A stretch of DNA of 64,000 bases, taken from NCBI RefSeq assembly GCF_009914755.1, contig NC_060936.1. One strand, written 5' to 3'. This stretch comes from the human T2T-CHM13v2.0 reference genome, Homo sapiens. Position numbers and translations under genes: made by a program. Position 1 is the first letter of the stretch; every line of letters begins with the position of its first letter. Shown here one piece after another: positions 11,604-26,212 of the stretch. The notes under the pieces were generated by a model. It ran no database searches. It was not told where the DNA came from and saw only the letters and a program-made list of their open reading frames with translations.

Positions 11604-14235
11604 ATCTCTAGGTAAGAAAATAAAATGTCAACAGTACTAATACTAAGCAAGAAATTAGGAACAAACAGATCAGGTTTGATGACTGACAGTTGTAAGATGC
11701 TGAGAAATTTGCTCAACCTCTGTGAGCTCAGATTCCTCCTCTTGTATCAAATGGAATAATCACACTACCACCACCCTCACAGGTGGGGAGAATCAGGAGA
11801 CATAAAGTATGTAACACATTTAGCTCAGGACCTGGCACAGAGAATAAGCATCGGAAATCAACATTTTTCCTCTTCATCATCATCAACAATATTCTGCCCT
11901 AAAATCCTTTCTGGTTCTTAAGTCTTCATATATCTGGCATTAGCGAGTTTTAACTGGCCCTTGTCATTCAGCCTATTGTGTCATTTCCTTAAGAATGGCA
12001 AGCAATGGCCTCACCTTCTCCTTTACTTATTTATTTATTTTTAATTTACTGTCTCCATTCTCTTCTACCACCCAAAGTGGCTCATTTATCATTTCTCTCT
12101 CTGAGGAAAATTCTGTTTGAACAATGTATGTATGTTTATACAGGACAGTGTTACATGCAGTTTCATGTGTCTGCTGAGGTCAGCAGGCACAAAATTGTCA
12201 AATGTCTGGATCCATTCTTAGAATGCTGACAGGTGGATGTTGTCCCTCAAAGAGACATTTGGCATTAAATTCATAGTTTAGTTCAGAAAACCTTTATCAA
12301 TATTTTGGCACTGTGCCACTAGCTAGGGATACCAGTGTTAGACAACTTAGCTAGGTAAGTAAAAAAATAACTTCAATATAATGTGATAAGTGATATGATT
12401 GTTTTTTTAAATGCTACAGGAGCTCAGGGTAAGATCACTAAACAACATAGTAGGGAGAGGGGCTGAGGAAAAAGAGCAAACAAAAGTCAGGGAGGACTTC
12501 CTGGAGTAGAGACCATCAAAGCTACCCAAATGCGAGGCCCTCAGGGCCTTGGAAACCAAGTGCAGCAATATTGGTATGTCATTGTACATAGTTAGGTGAC
12601 GCTGGAATGAAACTTACCACTCGGGAGTGGTGGAGATAAGCAACAGCCAAACCACAGAGGACCTTGTATAGTGTGCTGAGGGTTTGGACTTTATCCTGAG
12701 GGTAATGTAAAGTCGGTAGAGGATTTTAGCCAGGGTAATGACACAGTCAGACTTCTGTTAATAACTCTAGATTGTGTGCATTAGAAAGAACCTTTAAAAT
12801 TATAGGATCTACCCCTACATTTTGATGGACAATAAAATGGACATCCTGAAAGCTGCATAGCAATACAGTACCACATACATGAATGTAGGACATGGATCTC
12901 CTGTGCTGTCAGTAAGTTCTTGTTCTGACTTTCCTGTATTACTCCTCAAATGCTAGGACACAAATCTTCAGGGAAAAGTGCAAAAGGAATTCCTTTTTAA
13001 ATCTAATTCTGTTCCTAAGCAATTCACAAAAATTACACATGTCAGTGTTTCTACTACATTCTCCTTTAGGCCTTAAAAGCAGGGACTTTAATATATATAT
13101 ATTTGTTTTTCTTTTTCAATATCTAAAAGAGATTTCTGCATTTTAATATTGGTTCAAAGTGTTGTGTTAGATCCCACTCTGAACTGAACCCAAAATTACT
13201 TCCCACATTTTCCGGCTTGGTAAATTAATCACTGTGGTATCCACAATCAAAGATTCAATCAAGAAACTTCCAGAAAACCTTTGGAAACAAACTTTGTATT
13301 ACAAAAGAGTTATAAAACAGGAGCTGTTTTCTCTCTTTCACAAGTGTTTTGAACAAATCAGCACTCCATCAAAAAGAACATAACAGTTTAATGTTCTGTC
13401 AAAGAATGGAATGCTTGTTTACCTGAAGTAATGGACTGATAAAAGTAACTTGCATCTGTCTTGATTGATACAAAACTTACTCAAAGATGAATCTGGACAA
13501 CCAAGCCCTTAAACTAAACAGAGTCACTGACAAGAAAATAAAACCTGAATTCATAATGGAAACATTTCCAAACTGTTGATTCTATAAAGTTATTAAATTC
13601 AACACATGCAAAAAAAATAAAAACAACAAACGAACAACCTTTGAATGCAAAACTGCATTTTATTTGAAAGGAGCTAACATTTACCGAGGTTTTCTGGTAC
13701 CTGTCCTAATGCCCTTCTTATGCATTAGCTCATTTAATCCTCACAGTCACCTTAGGACTTAGACACTATTATAAACCTCATTTTACAAGTGAGAAAATCA
13801 GAATGTTATCCGAAGAATCAAGTGACTCAAAGTCATACAGTTTGAAGAGATGATTCCAGATTTATGAGTCTCCAAAGCTATTCATGATCGTACTATACAA
13901 AAACTAATTTGAGGCTCATTTTAGAAGATATTAATAAACTAAAGTTTTCATGTACTTGGAAAATTTATATTTTTTATTGCTCAAGTCTGAGAACAATACA
14001 ACAACACTAGGCCTCTGAATGGACAGTATAGTATGTAGAGCACTGCTCAGTTAATTACTCTCTTGACTTTCACAACTTGTGAGGTCGCCAACATGTGTCA
14101 ACATCCTTACAGACACAGAGCAGACAGTCTAATACATACTGATGTGTCTGCTGGCATAATCCATTCCCTAAAGCTTACAGATACAACTTATTGAGCATCA
14201 CTTCTGGGTCAGACAATTTCCACATATTATCTCAT

Positions 14236-14394
14236 TTATTTATTTATTTATTTATTTATTTTATTTATAATATTTTTGTAGAGACAAGGTCTCACTATGT
14301 TGCCCAGGCTGTTCTCAAACTCCTGGGCTCAAGCAATCCTCCTGCCTCTGTCTTCCAAAGTGTTTGGATTGCAGACATAAACCACCATGCCCAG
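14236..14394 (-). mobile_element. Alu monomer (FLAM-like)
   Basis: (TTTA)n tail then GAGACAAGGTCTCACTATGTTGCCCAGGCTG...CCAAAGTG...ACCACCATGCCCAG; single arm only. Confidence 0.88.
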
Positions 14395-17300
14395 ACTATA
14401 ATCTCATTTAATTCTTGTGTTCTTCCAACTATGTACTATTACCCCTACAACCCCATTACACCAATGAGGATATTGGGGCCTAGAGGAAGGAAATAAATAT
14501 CATGTTGTAATCATAATAGTGGAGCTAAGATTTAACTCTCATTCTGTCTAACTCCAAACCCCATGCTTCTTCCAGTCTACACAAGGCCAATGAGCCAAAC
14601 ACTTTGAGAAATATAATTTACTTCTTAAAATTAGAGCAGGAAACCGTGTTAATTCTGAAAAACATTGTTTTCTAATAGTACAATTATTTGAGTGATTGTG
14701 ATTCGTGATTACAAATTAGGTATATAACATTATTTCCAGGTTTTTAAAAAAAAGAAGGGAAAGAACAAGGAAAGAAGGGAGAGAAAAAAGAGTGAGGAAA
14801 CAAGAGAAGGAAGCTGCAAAGTATTATTCTTCCATTTTACAGAAGTTTAAGAGAAGGTTAAGGAAAGATAAATAAATTGCCTAAGGTCCCATGTCAAGCT
14901 AGAGTCAAGAGCCAGAGGTAAAATCTATATGCTTTTGACACAAAAGCCATGTTCTTTCCATTTTCTTTTGACAAGTGGCTATATTTCTATGGATGCTGAA
15001 AATGACTTCACTCATATAGGGAAAAGTAGGCAATCACTCACTGATTCAAAATGGGAATGACTCATGTTCTGTCCCCCTAATTCCAGGTAAAGCAAAGAGC
15101 TTGGGAATGCGAGCTCTGAATCCGAATCTGTTTCATAAGCCAGCCACCACATATTGGTGCCGCGATCTTGGGCACATGATAGAAAGAAGTAACTTTGCTC
15201 TAGGTAAACTCTTTTGTGATTCTAATTATACACATTTTTCTTTTTCAGTTTTTGTTTTAAAAAAAGAATAAAAACAACTACATTACTCAGGACAAAAGTG
15301 AATTTGAGGCTGGAGTTACTTGGATAAATTGCTTCAACTTTCCCTTTCACTCTGGTAGTGGAGATTTTGCAGTTAAAGTCACTTTCTTTAAGAAAGGAGC
15401 CATCACTATTGATAAGCATTACATTACCATTTGTTTAATGGTAATAGCAAGAGTAAATGTTTATTTAGTATTTTCTTGGTGTCCAGCACTGGACTAAGTG
15501 CTTTTTTGTGGATTATTTCATTTTATCCTTATAACTACCTATGATAAATGTACCATTGCTCATTCTGTTTGGCAGATGGGGAAATTGAGGCTAAGAGGTT
15601 TTCGTTCTTAGGCAACCAAAGCAGACCATCTGACTGCAGAGTTTGGTTAAGCACATCTCTGTTCTGTTGTCTCCTTTACCTGTGTTGAGATGATGCCAGG
15701 ACTTTTTAGCCAACATTTTCATTTGTACTAAACTGCTATTGAGTATGTTACAAGGTGATGCTGCTGATAAGGTTGTGCTGACAATCACCCATTTAAAATC
15801 TTGCGATATTAATGCAGAAAATATTTTTTTTAATATTAATGCAGTTGGATTGATAAGAAATGAACAAAACAAAGGCCACAATATAAATGGCTGGTAGCTT
15901 TAAAACCCAGACATAAACGACATTATTATCAAATAGTTTCCTAATATGATCACAGACATTTAAAACCATCTTCCAAAACATCATGTAAAGAGGATCAGAG
16001 CAAATTGATAAAAGTACTTTCTGAAGTATCTTTCTATTTCCAAGAAGTTATTTTGAAACATAACTTTAAAATATTTTAAAATCTGCCCTCTGCCAACAAA
16101 GTACCACTTTATTTGAAAGACAGAAAGCTTTTTGGCAATGAAGTAATTCCTGATTCCATAAAGTAAGACGACATCTTTAGAGTTTACAATGAGATTCCCT
16201 CACAACAGTCAGATGAGTCAGGCAAGGGGTTTCCATTTGACTGCTGGGGAGATGGGTGGGAAAGCCTGATGAGGAAACCCAGGCTCCCTGACCTGTGGGA
16301 GTGTTGCTCACATACAGCCATTTACACTTCTGGTAAGTACTGAGGAGTGTGGGGTCAGAAGCAACTCATCACTCAACCAGAGGACTCAGCTTTGCCTGCT
16401 CTCAGTCTTTCTGGTGTAAAGTTAAATTGCATCTTCTTCTCCACAAATAAATTAGAAAAAACAACAACAACAACAAAAAAAAAAACAAAGAAGTTCAACC
16501 CTTTCAGTTTGTATGTGTATGCATGCGTGTCTATATTGGTGCATTATATTGTAGTGATTAGAAGGAATCTGGCCTTTAGATTTAAATAGGCTTGGCTTCA
16601 AATACAAACTCTTCCACTTGCACTTTTTAAATTCTCATTTTGGGCAAGTTTTCTTAATCTCTCTGAACTTCAGGGTTTTTATTTTTCTTTGTTAAAAAAA
16701 ATGATGCCAAATAATAATATGTATTTTACAACATTTTGCTACAATCGAATGAGATACACTTGTGCAGTTTGTGGCATGGTGTTTCACCCATGGGGAGTAA
16801 TTCACAGTTATTAACTTATTAATTTGTCTTATATTTCCTTATTCAGTAAGCTGCTCTTACTTCTTAAACAGCTTGTCTTTGGCCTACTTTGTTATTTCTT
16901 TTCAACAGAAAGGGGAGAAAAGTAAAGAAGATAAAATTGGGAAAATTTTCTAAAAATTTGCTAAGGGTGTTTATGAGTGTCAAATAAGATAGATAACGTA
17001 TAAATAAGAGAGTTAAGCTATTAGTCTCTAAGGATTGGTTTTAATTTTTTTATTTATGAAAGCCCTATAGCCAAAGCCAGGAATTACTAACACTGAAGTT
17101 ATTTCTTACAGCATACAGATTTGTATAATGTTCTGTGTGATTTACTATTCTTTTAGAGAAGGAAACAATGCTCTATTAAGTAAGTGCCAGTTGCTGTGAT
17201 GTTAGACAGTCTATCTCTTTTAATTATCACATCAATACTACTACTAGGTGGTTACTTCTGTGCCCATTTTAAATATTGAGAAAGTGAAGTTCAAAGAGAA

Positions 17301-18499
17301 AAACTTACTGGGGTTGGTAAGTGGCAGAACCAATACTACATTTGATCTATATCCATTCAAACCTTTGCTATTCTCTCACATTGTCTCCAGTTTCACTAAG
17401 TAAATGATGTTATGCATTCACTGAAAATTAATGCTGTAAAATAGTAAACAAAGTAGCCTTGCCAGTCATGCACCAAACACATTTGTGTGTATAACAGACC
17501 TAGCACAATTGTTAAAATTTTGCCATTAGAAAAAAGGCTTATAAAAAATGTATCAGTATCTAACAACCTGAATTAGGTCTCCATTCATTTCACAACATTC
17601 CAAGTGTATTTACTGAGCAGTTGGCAGGAGCCACTCTTTGAGGCAACTGCAATCATGAAATTTTTGTTGTCCAAATTCTATTACTGGCAGCTTTTTTGAA
17701 CATCTGAGTTGCATTTGTTTTTGATTCAATGTTCATGTAAACAGAATGCATATCTTTGAGGTATTAAATAAGCCACACTAATGCGCTGTGGTTAATGCCA
17801 GCTGAGTCTCTTTTGCAATAAACACCTGGGATTGGCAGGAGAAAGACCTTGTCTTAGTTTTCCTATCTGTGAAATGGGGTTTAAAAAAATAATAACTACC
17901 TCTCAGCGGAAAAGTGCTGTGAATTAATTAATCTTGGAACTGTTTTCTACTAAGTGCCATTTTGGCATGATCTATTATCAGGATGGTTTGATTTTATAAT
18001 ATAATGATAGAAGCTATTTAAAATGGCTACACATTTAAATGCCAAACACTTGACACATAGTACAGTAAATTTCATCTCTTCAAGTTGAATCATTATGTGT
18101 GACATTTGTACAGAAGTGCAAACAATAAATGGTCAAATCAGTCTTGGATTTAAAAGTCTCATTATTGAAAAATATAAATAAATAAATGCAAACGGCTTAG
18201 AACAGGTCCTGACATTGTGAGCATTATATAAGGATTTGCTAGTATTATTAGAAGCTACTTATAATTTTAAATTAAAATTAGCTACAGTCATATGTGTATC
18301 TATATATGAAATAAATCAAGCAAGCCTAATAAATGCCTAAATACATTTTTTTCTTAAAGACCCTAGTTTCATATTTTAAAAAAAGGTACATTATTTTTAA
18401 AGTATTATTAAAGCATAGAGTACTGTGGCTTCAGTACATTACAAACAGGAAGTAAAGTTTTAAAAACACTTTTCTGGGCAGGGGCTAAGAATAAATATA

Positions 18500-18557
18500 A
18501 ATATGTACATTATATATATATTATATACATTATTATATATATATATATATATATATA
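18500..18557. repeat. Imperfect (TA)n microsatellite
   Basis: TATATATATATTATATACATTATTATATATATATATATATATATATA. Confidence 0.9.
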
Positions 18558-21500
18558 ATTTGTTACAAAGATAGTGGAAGAATTATGTAAGCCCTATTTT
18601 GTAGTTCAGTGCTTTTCTACATACAATTAATGTCATCCAAATAGTAAAAACATTATGCTAATAATTTCCTCTGAATTTTTCATGAATGTTGCCTAATCCC
18701 TTTATTATCCCCTCATTTTGTTTAGTTCCCACTTTGGACCACCTGGAAGTAGAAAGCACCAGCCATTCTCCTATACTGTGATAATGTATCTTTCAAACAG
18801 CAGAATGACAAATGTGCTAAGGTCAGTCCTCTGACTAACAGAGCACATCAAAGATTTATGAGTAGGGCCCACGGAATACAGCAGTTTTCTAAAGTTGCGA
18901 GAAATCCAAACTAAAGCAATCACAGAGCTTTTGGTTGTTCATCAAAAAAGGAAATCCCTAATGTGTTTACTATTTCAGAAGCGTTAAATTGTACATTTAC
19001 ACAGAACCATAAATAATGATGTATGACTGCTGAGGTCTGTGTTGCAATCCTTGGGTTTTCTAGATCACATTAGAAACAATTTTATATGAAAACATCTCTA
19101 CCCTCCCTTCTTACCACTCCTCCATCTAGAGTTCTGCAGTGAACATGAATTTTAACAGCCAGTACATTGATATGGATAACACATCCAGGAGGGTGACAAG
19201 GCCTTTATAACAAAGCACACTTTCTCTGTCACACTCTTCTTGGAAGCCAAAGAATCTGTGTGTTTTCCCAAGGCAGTTGTTTGGGAAGGCACTGAGAAAG
19301 GAACTCCAAGTAAACAGTAGAAAACTCAGCACTGTAGGGCCCTAAGAGGTTCCTTCACAATAGACCACCATTATTCAGTTGTATTCCTTAGAGGCAACCT
19401 GGTTCACTGCCACTCAAATACTCACATTTAGGTGAAACAAGCCAATAATGAGATGCAATTCAGCCCTGGAGCAGAGTGAAGACATTGAAAGGGAAAGGTC
19501 CTCAGCTTTAGGGATTTTATGTCAAGGTGAAAAAGAGGGAAAAGTTCTAAGCACTCACAGGGCTTATGTTCAGCAGATGAACTTCTGCTCCTGAAAAGGC
19601 AACACAGTATGGGCATACAAGACAAACACAACGCCCCCCTCCAACCTGTGCTCTTTCTTCCCAGGTTTGCACAGGGATGCAATTATGCAGTGGGGATGCC
19701 CTTTCTGCAAAGGTGAACAAGGCTTGCTTTTTCAAGTGAGCACCGATGAGTTTGCGGTGGTCCTTTCATGTCCTTTTACATGGTCACCCTAAAGAGCAAA
19801 GGCATTCTTTGTGAGCAACAGACAAAGTTTGAGCTGCTGTCTGTGTACCTGGAACACAGAAAAGGCTACCTTATTGCCCCGCTCCCTCCCAATTTACCCA
19901 TGTTCTAATCAGCAGCATTCAAGAGCCCCAGGGCAACAGCTACAGGCACAAAGTCAAGTGCTGAATTTCTGCATCCAAATATCCCAATAATAGCCATTGC
20001 TACTTTTTTTTTTTTTAAATTTTCTAGACTATTGCCTCAATTCTAAACTTTGTTTTAGTGGATAGCTCAGTGGGCAATGCCAGTGATTAGAGAAGAACAT
20101 TATCTTCATGGTTGTGGCCCTGTTTTCTGAGAAATGTGTGTTCTCCTAGCTTGAGGAGGGTCCAGCTGATCTTGGAATATTCTCATGTCAACAAGAAAAG
20201 ACTGCCATAGCTTCTGACTGCTAAAAGAAAAAAAAAAAAGAAAAAAAGAAAAGGGCTACGGCTAGCTGCTGGGTTTGCTCCAGCTCTCAGCTAAGGAAAG
20301 GAGGTAAGCAAGCACTGTTCCAAGGATGGTACTGGACCCAGACAAAAGCCAGCCAAGGAGAGATTTGGCATAGTATCATCTGCAGGAACTGCCTTTCCCT
20401 GAGGCTCCCTCCTCTTTCCACCTCCGTGTCTCCAGCTGCAGCCTCTCATCTTCACTATCTTCTCAGGATTAACTATCTTGGGCATGATTCAGAGATACTA
20501 AGACTGGGAGACTAGTCCAAGGTCACACATCTTGAGGCAGAGCAAAGGGTAGGATCAGTTCCTCTGATTCTCCCCTCAGTGCTCTTTCTACTACATCATC
20601 AGATCCCTTCTTGGTTTTCTTTCTCCATTTCAACTCCATGCACACACGTACTGGAAGTTAAAGGGACAGAAAAAAAACAGGCAAATACAGGGAAGCATTA
20701 CCTTTTGTAAGCTTATCTCCTCTGGTTAGCTGACTTTATCTTAGAATTCTTTTTCATAGAACTTAAAAATTTAGAACAGAGAAAGTAAAGATCCTCTTTA
20801 ACTATGGATTTTGCTAAAACAGGAAAGTGTAAATACCATTCTTTTTACAAAGAAATATCAAGCAGTAGGTGAAATGCATAAAAGTAGAACAGTCTAAATT
20901 TAAATCTCCTTCATTTCTCCCCATTGGCTTATTCATAATCATAAAACAATGGTTATAATGTGCATTCACACTGAAGCAATGGCTGCATAAATCTGAGAAC
21001 TGAAGGAAGCTTAAATACCATCTGGTTCAAATATCTATTTTACTAGTACTTTAGAAATAGAGAATTTTAGAACCAGAAGGCACTTAGAAATCACCTAGTC
21101 TCACTTACTCATTTTACAGTTGAGCAAACTAAGATCTGGAGTTCAAATAATTTCCCAAATTACTACTACTTATTATCCAGGTTAATAAAAGAAATCAGCC
21201 TCCTAATATCCAAGCCAAAGTGGCAGCCTACAAAAATAGTAAAATGTAGCCAAAGGACAAAGACAGGTACATAAAGAACAGTCTTCCTTTAGATGACACA
21301 CATTATGATTTTAAAGAAAGAACCATGAGCCCCAACTATGAGAAAATCACTCCCCCACCTCTTTTTTCTATAGAGAAAGAAATAGGTAGAGATGAGATCA
21401 TGACAATTCTCTTAAACTCCCAGCCCCTGTAAACAGTTTTTAGTATACCCATAATTAAGTGAAAAGGCAAACACATCTTGCTGCATCTATAAATCAGAAA

Positions 21501-24500
21501 GGCTGCAGTCAATTGTTTCTATGAAACAGAGCCTATACAAAACAACCCTGAAAGCAGCATATATTATAAAAATATCTTGGTGTTCCCTCAACTTGTTTTG
21601 TAAATTGTTCTGTCTACACACGTGACTAAGACCAAGAACAGTGTGTAAGACCAAGAACAGTTTCTTGCAGCTGCTCATGATTTATGTGCTAGAAAGAAAG
21701 ATAAAAGATCACTCTTCAGAGATTTATATCCAAATGCCTTGCCCTAATTTACAAAAGGGAATAAAATTTACAAAAGGGAATAAAAATAATTTACAAAAGG
21801 GAACATTAAGATAATCCAGAAAAGAAAAATAAAAGTCTCAAACTAGCATAATGAAAAAAAAATGTCACTGCACGTTGCCTGGTAAAGACAACAAAGACAC
21901 CCCACAGAAATGAATGCATGGCCTCACTCAGAAAAGCAAGTGCGAGAACATTAGGGATGGGAAACTAACCAAGTCTCTTTAGTCCAAAATAAAATAAAAT
22001 AAAATGAAATAATTCCTTAGAATCATACAAGGAGAACTTAGCAAGAGTGTAGAAATATGAAACTGAGTCAGCGATAAAGATAATATTTCCATTTTCCATT
22101 TCTATTTTCTATTCTAATTATCTCATTCATTTGTACTTTAAAAGAAAAACCTTCAAAAACGTAGCACCTCTTAAGCCCACATATCACCTTTGTCTTCACA
22201 TATTCCTGGATTGATGTGTCTTAATTATAGTCTATAAACAGATATTAGCCTATCATGGGAGTCACCAAATCGACAGACGTAGATTTAGGAAAACTTGGTC
22301 TCTGTGCTTGGTTCATTAGGCATAATTTACCTGCAATAAGTCAGTTTTTCTCTGGCTTGTAAAAGTAGGCCAGCAGGCACTCTCTTCTCAGGAACAATAA
22401 ATTCAAACTGTACATATAGTAAGCTACTATGCTGGTATAAAGACACATATAAAATTTCATTTAGTCCTTAAAACCACCATGCGAGAAAAATCTTTATAAC
22501 TTTTATAATCATCATACAGATTACAAAAAACAGAAATCCCAAAAAGTTTAACAAATATTTGCCTAAGGTCATTTGTCTCATGAGTAGTAAAACAGGAATT
22601 AGAATCTAAGTCTTCAGAAGCTAGAACCTAGAATCCTTCTACCAACCATATTTTAGGTGTTTCTCATATATGCTCAGATATGGTTTATTCTCAGATATAA
22701 AGCGAAGGCCACATGTAGTGGAATTTGCCAATCCATGTAAAAAACCTCCAATACCCACACTTGCTATTTGAGTGAGAAATTTTTATGTGATTTATGGTGA
22801 TGGAAACATTTCAGTCACCTATTATTAAAAAAAAAATGTGACCCAGAATTTGCTATCTTCAAATCAGCAGTTAGACGTAAATAAAATTTAGCAATTTTAA
22901 TTGGTTTGGCCCAGACTTTCAGATTTCCATATGGTTATTTTCCTTGTTTTATGTTAAATGTAATCAACTTAGCACTTGGGTTTTAAAGTCTTGGCAGAAT
23001 GTATCAATTAAAAGCTACATAAATTGGAATTATTCAAAGCATACATTCCAAATTGAGTGATCTTAAGGACAAGACTAAAAAAATGCTCTTTTCATAAGTA
23101 TGTTAATTTTCTTCTACAAAGTAAACTTGCATCATCACCCACATGACAAACTTCATACAGACATAAAAGAGATATTTTCTTTGGAGTAGTGAAAATTAGC
23201 ATTCTATTTGCTTATTCTCTGAGAGTTAGTATGCCTAAAATGGCCTTTTTTACATTGTTTGCAAGATCAATCTTTCTTATCTCAGTATTTCTGAAATTGA
23301 CAGGAGTTATGACACTTCTCACAAACCATCCCCAAACTAAAATGTAAGCACAACATTGATAAATGTAACACCAGGCACATTAAGCTAATGGCACTTTTAA
23401 CCAAATCTTAATCAGTGTTGCAAAATATGGTGCCTTGATTGTTATCCAATATGGTGTATCAGAATATTATGTTTAAAAAATAGTTACACATTGAAAGAGA
23501 TGTTTTTTCTAAGCCCAAGCCACAAACACCTCTAGAAAACTGTAAAACCACACAATCTGAATAAAATAAAATCAAACAAATCTGAAAAATTCAAAAGACA
23601 TTCATTTCTGTAGAACTGTGCTTAAATTTATTGCCTGTGTCATTATATTGGAAATACTGAAGTGTACCAACATGCTAAATGAATGAATCATTCATCAAAC
23701 CCCAAGTGGTTGTTGATGGAATTTTCACACTTACTTAGCTTGACGGAAAGGCCAGAATACCTGGAGTCCCCATGATTCTTGGAGAGCTGTGTAATTCAAA
23801 TCAAACCCCATTTTAAAATATTACTATAAATTTTTTTTATATGTGGGGTAGTAGGAGAGTACAGAACAAGTTGCTTTATAATAGAACCATGGTATTGATG
23901 CCATGTTTATAAATGACTATTTAAACTACTAAATATTAATAGATATTCTTCCCTGGTGAGGATAACATTAGAATCAGAACAATCGATCCTATTTCTTAAT
24001 GTCCAATTTACATAGGCTACCTTCCATCCATGCAGCATTGCACAGAAAATGTCTTTGTAATTTTTGGATTAGAAAATTTAACAATATGAAAGATCTAATC
24101 CCCTCCTCCATTTCTGCAGATTATTTTATTGATTTTGGGCTATTTCCAGTGTCCCCTTTTTCAGTGACTGTGGAATCGCTAGAAGTATTCTTAAAAAAAA
24201 CCTTGAAGGTCATTAGATCCTAGGCAATGAATGCCTTCATTCAACAAGGGTACTGCCCTCCTTTGCCTACAAGCCGTTTAACATCAGCAAGTTCCCCCAA
24301 AGGGCCTGCACTTTAACTTGTGTGATGTGTGACCGAACAGGTCACATATCTAAAATACTTAGCTTTCTCAAATTTCTCTGGTCGGCAGCACTGAGTCACT
24401 AATGCCACAGTCACAATGTTTCAGACTAGATTGACCTCTTTCTAGTTTTCAATGGAATTATTCCATGTAATCCGATTTACACAGCCATTTAATCAAAGCG

Positions 24501-26197
24501 AGAAAGGAGATTACAGAGCTCACATTTGTTTTGCAAAGCAAGGGTGCAAGGATAATCAATCCTACTGCCTCTCAAAGTGACTTGATAGTACATCCCCTGG
24601 CTTTGGAGTGTTGGACATTAACCTTATCTGTCTCCTGTGTTCTTGTTTAAATAGGAAGGTTTAGGCTCTTTTCCTGAACTAGAAGGTAGCAGCTTCTTCC
24701 CCCAGATCTCACCACCATCCATGGGAGCAGATGCTACTATAAGAAGGAATAGGTCTCTACCCTTCTTATAATTTCGCAGAAAGCTTGTCTAAATCAAGAG
24801 ATTACAATAAAACTTTTCTTTTGTTGCAAGAATCTTTAACATTTGCATTTCGACAGCACGCTGTGGTGATTCCAGGTGCGGTGCTCAATGCCTTGCCTGA
24901 AAGCTAACCTGCTTGTAAGAGAGGGGAGAGGCACATCGCGTCTTTTCTCTTAGAGAGTGCTCTAGAGACTATGCAAGCCTCTTTTAGCCAGGCAATGTCC
25001 CTTTCCCCTGCCTTTTACCACACCGGTACAAGGGGCTAGAGTCTTGCAACTTTTTGCAGGCCTAGATATCTGTTTAAAATATGATGCTAAGCAGGTCATT
25101 TGATAAAGCATTTTGAGCACATTGATGCCTTCATTCTACACCAACGATGTGTACAAACACCCCGGTTTCCTTTTTCCCCACCACTTCCACCCCTTCCACA
25201 CATTTCAGGAACTGCAATCTCCAACAGAACCTCTGGGGGGTGAAAGGGCAACCCTTAGCCAACCGCGGCAGATAACACATAACAATTTCTAAGGGGGAAA
25301 GTGAGAGGAGGTAACAATCAACAATGGTGAAGAGAACTGTGGATAGGGGCACCGTGGCGGCCCTTTCTAAACGAAGAACCAGGTATTTTCTTCAAGGGAA
25401 AAAAAAATCTAATTGTCCCCCCAGGCAGCGCTTTACCCACAGTGCTTTATGTATAATGCAGAATTTAGCAGCACTGGGAATTATCTCAATCACTATCATT
25501 CAGAGGTGCCTATTTTATAAAAAGCCTTTATCCCTTTTGAAATGGAAAAAGGTGCGTGCATTGTGGAGGTACTAGAGCTCTTTAGAGCCCACACAGAGCT
25601 GCAAACTAGGCAGACACCGCCGAGAGCCAAGTTTCCCGGGCAGGCGGGCAGGTTCCCGCCCCGCCGAGAGCTGCCGCTTAGGAGTTCCGCGTTGGCTTCG
25701 CTCCCGCGGCTGCACCCGCGTTCGCGCCGCTCCTGGTGCCCGGCGCCCACCTCGGGGCTACACAAATAAATCTGAGTGAGAGAGCTAGTGAGGGTGGCGC
25801 GTGGGGTGCTGTTTCATAATCTCCTGGAATCCACGGGAAAACCGTCTCCTATGCAAAGACATGCCTTCCCGTGATAACTTAACATTCCATGGCCCAAAAG
25901 CCAATCTTTCCACCAGACGGGAATTACGGTTTCCGACTGACAGCTCAAAACTTAACTGCTGAGGCTCCAAACTTGACACTGGCTCCCTCTCAGCACTCCC
26001 ACTCCTTTTCTCCCTGGCTCACCCGGCTCGGCTCGGGATCACACACCACGCCGGCCTCCCCCGCATCCTCTTGTCTCACCCGGCAGGCACAGCCCTGCAC
26101 GCCCCAGCTGCAAGTCCCAGGGAGCGCCGGCTTCCCCGGGGCACCGGGCGCGATTTTTCCTGGAGAGCCTGGGAGCTCCCGGGCGCGCCCTACTCAC

Positions 26198-26212
26198 TTG
26201 TGTCTTCTTCAT
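26198..26212 (-). CDS. KITLG: KIT ligand (stem cell factor) exon 1 coding portion, MKKTQ (start of signal peptide); rest of CDS lies beyond the left edge of the window
   Basis: Minus strand reads ...CCTTTCCTT ATG AAG AAG ACA CAA | GTGAGT. MKKTQ is the N-terminus of SCF (MKKTQTWILTCIYLQ...). It is followed by a consensus donor and lies inside a CpG island, and the upstream sequence matches the human KITLG 5'UTR as I recall it. Confidence 0.96.
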
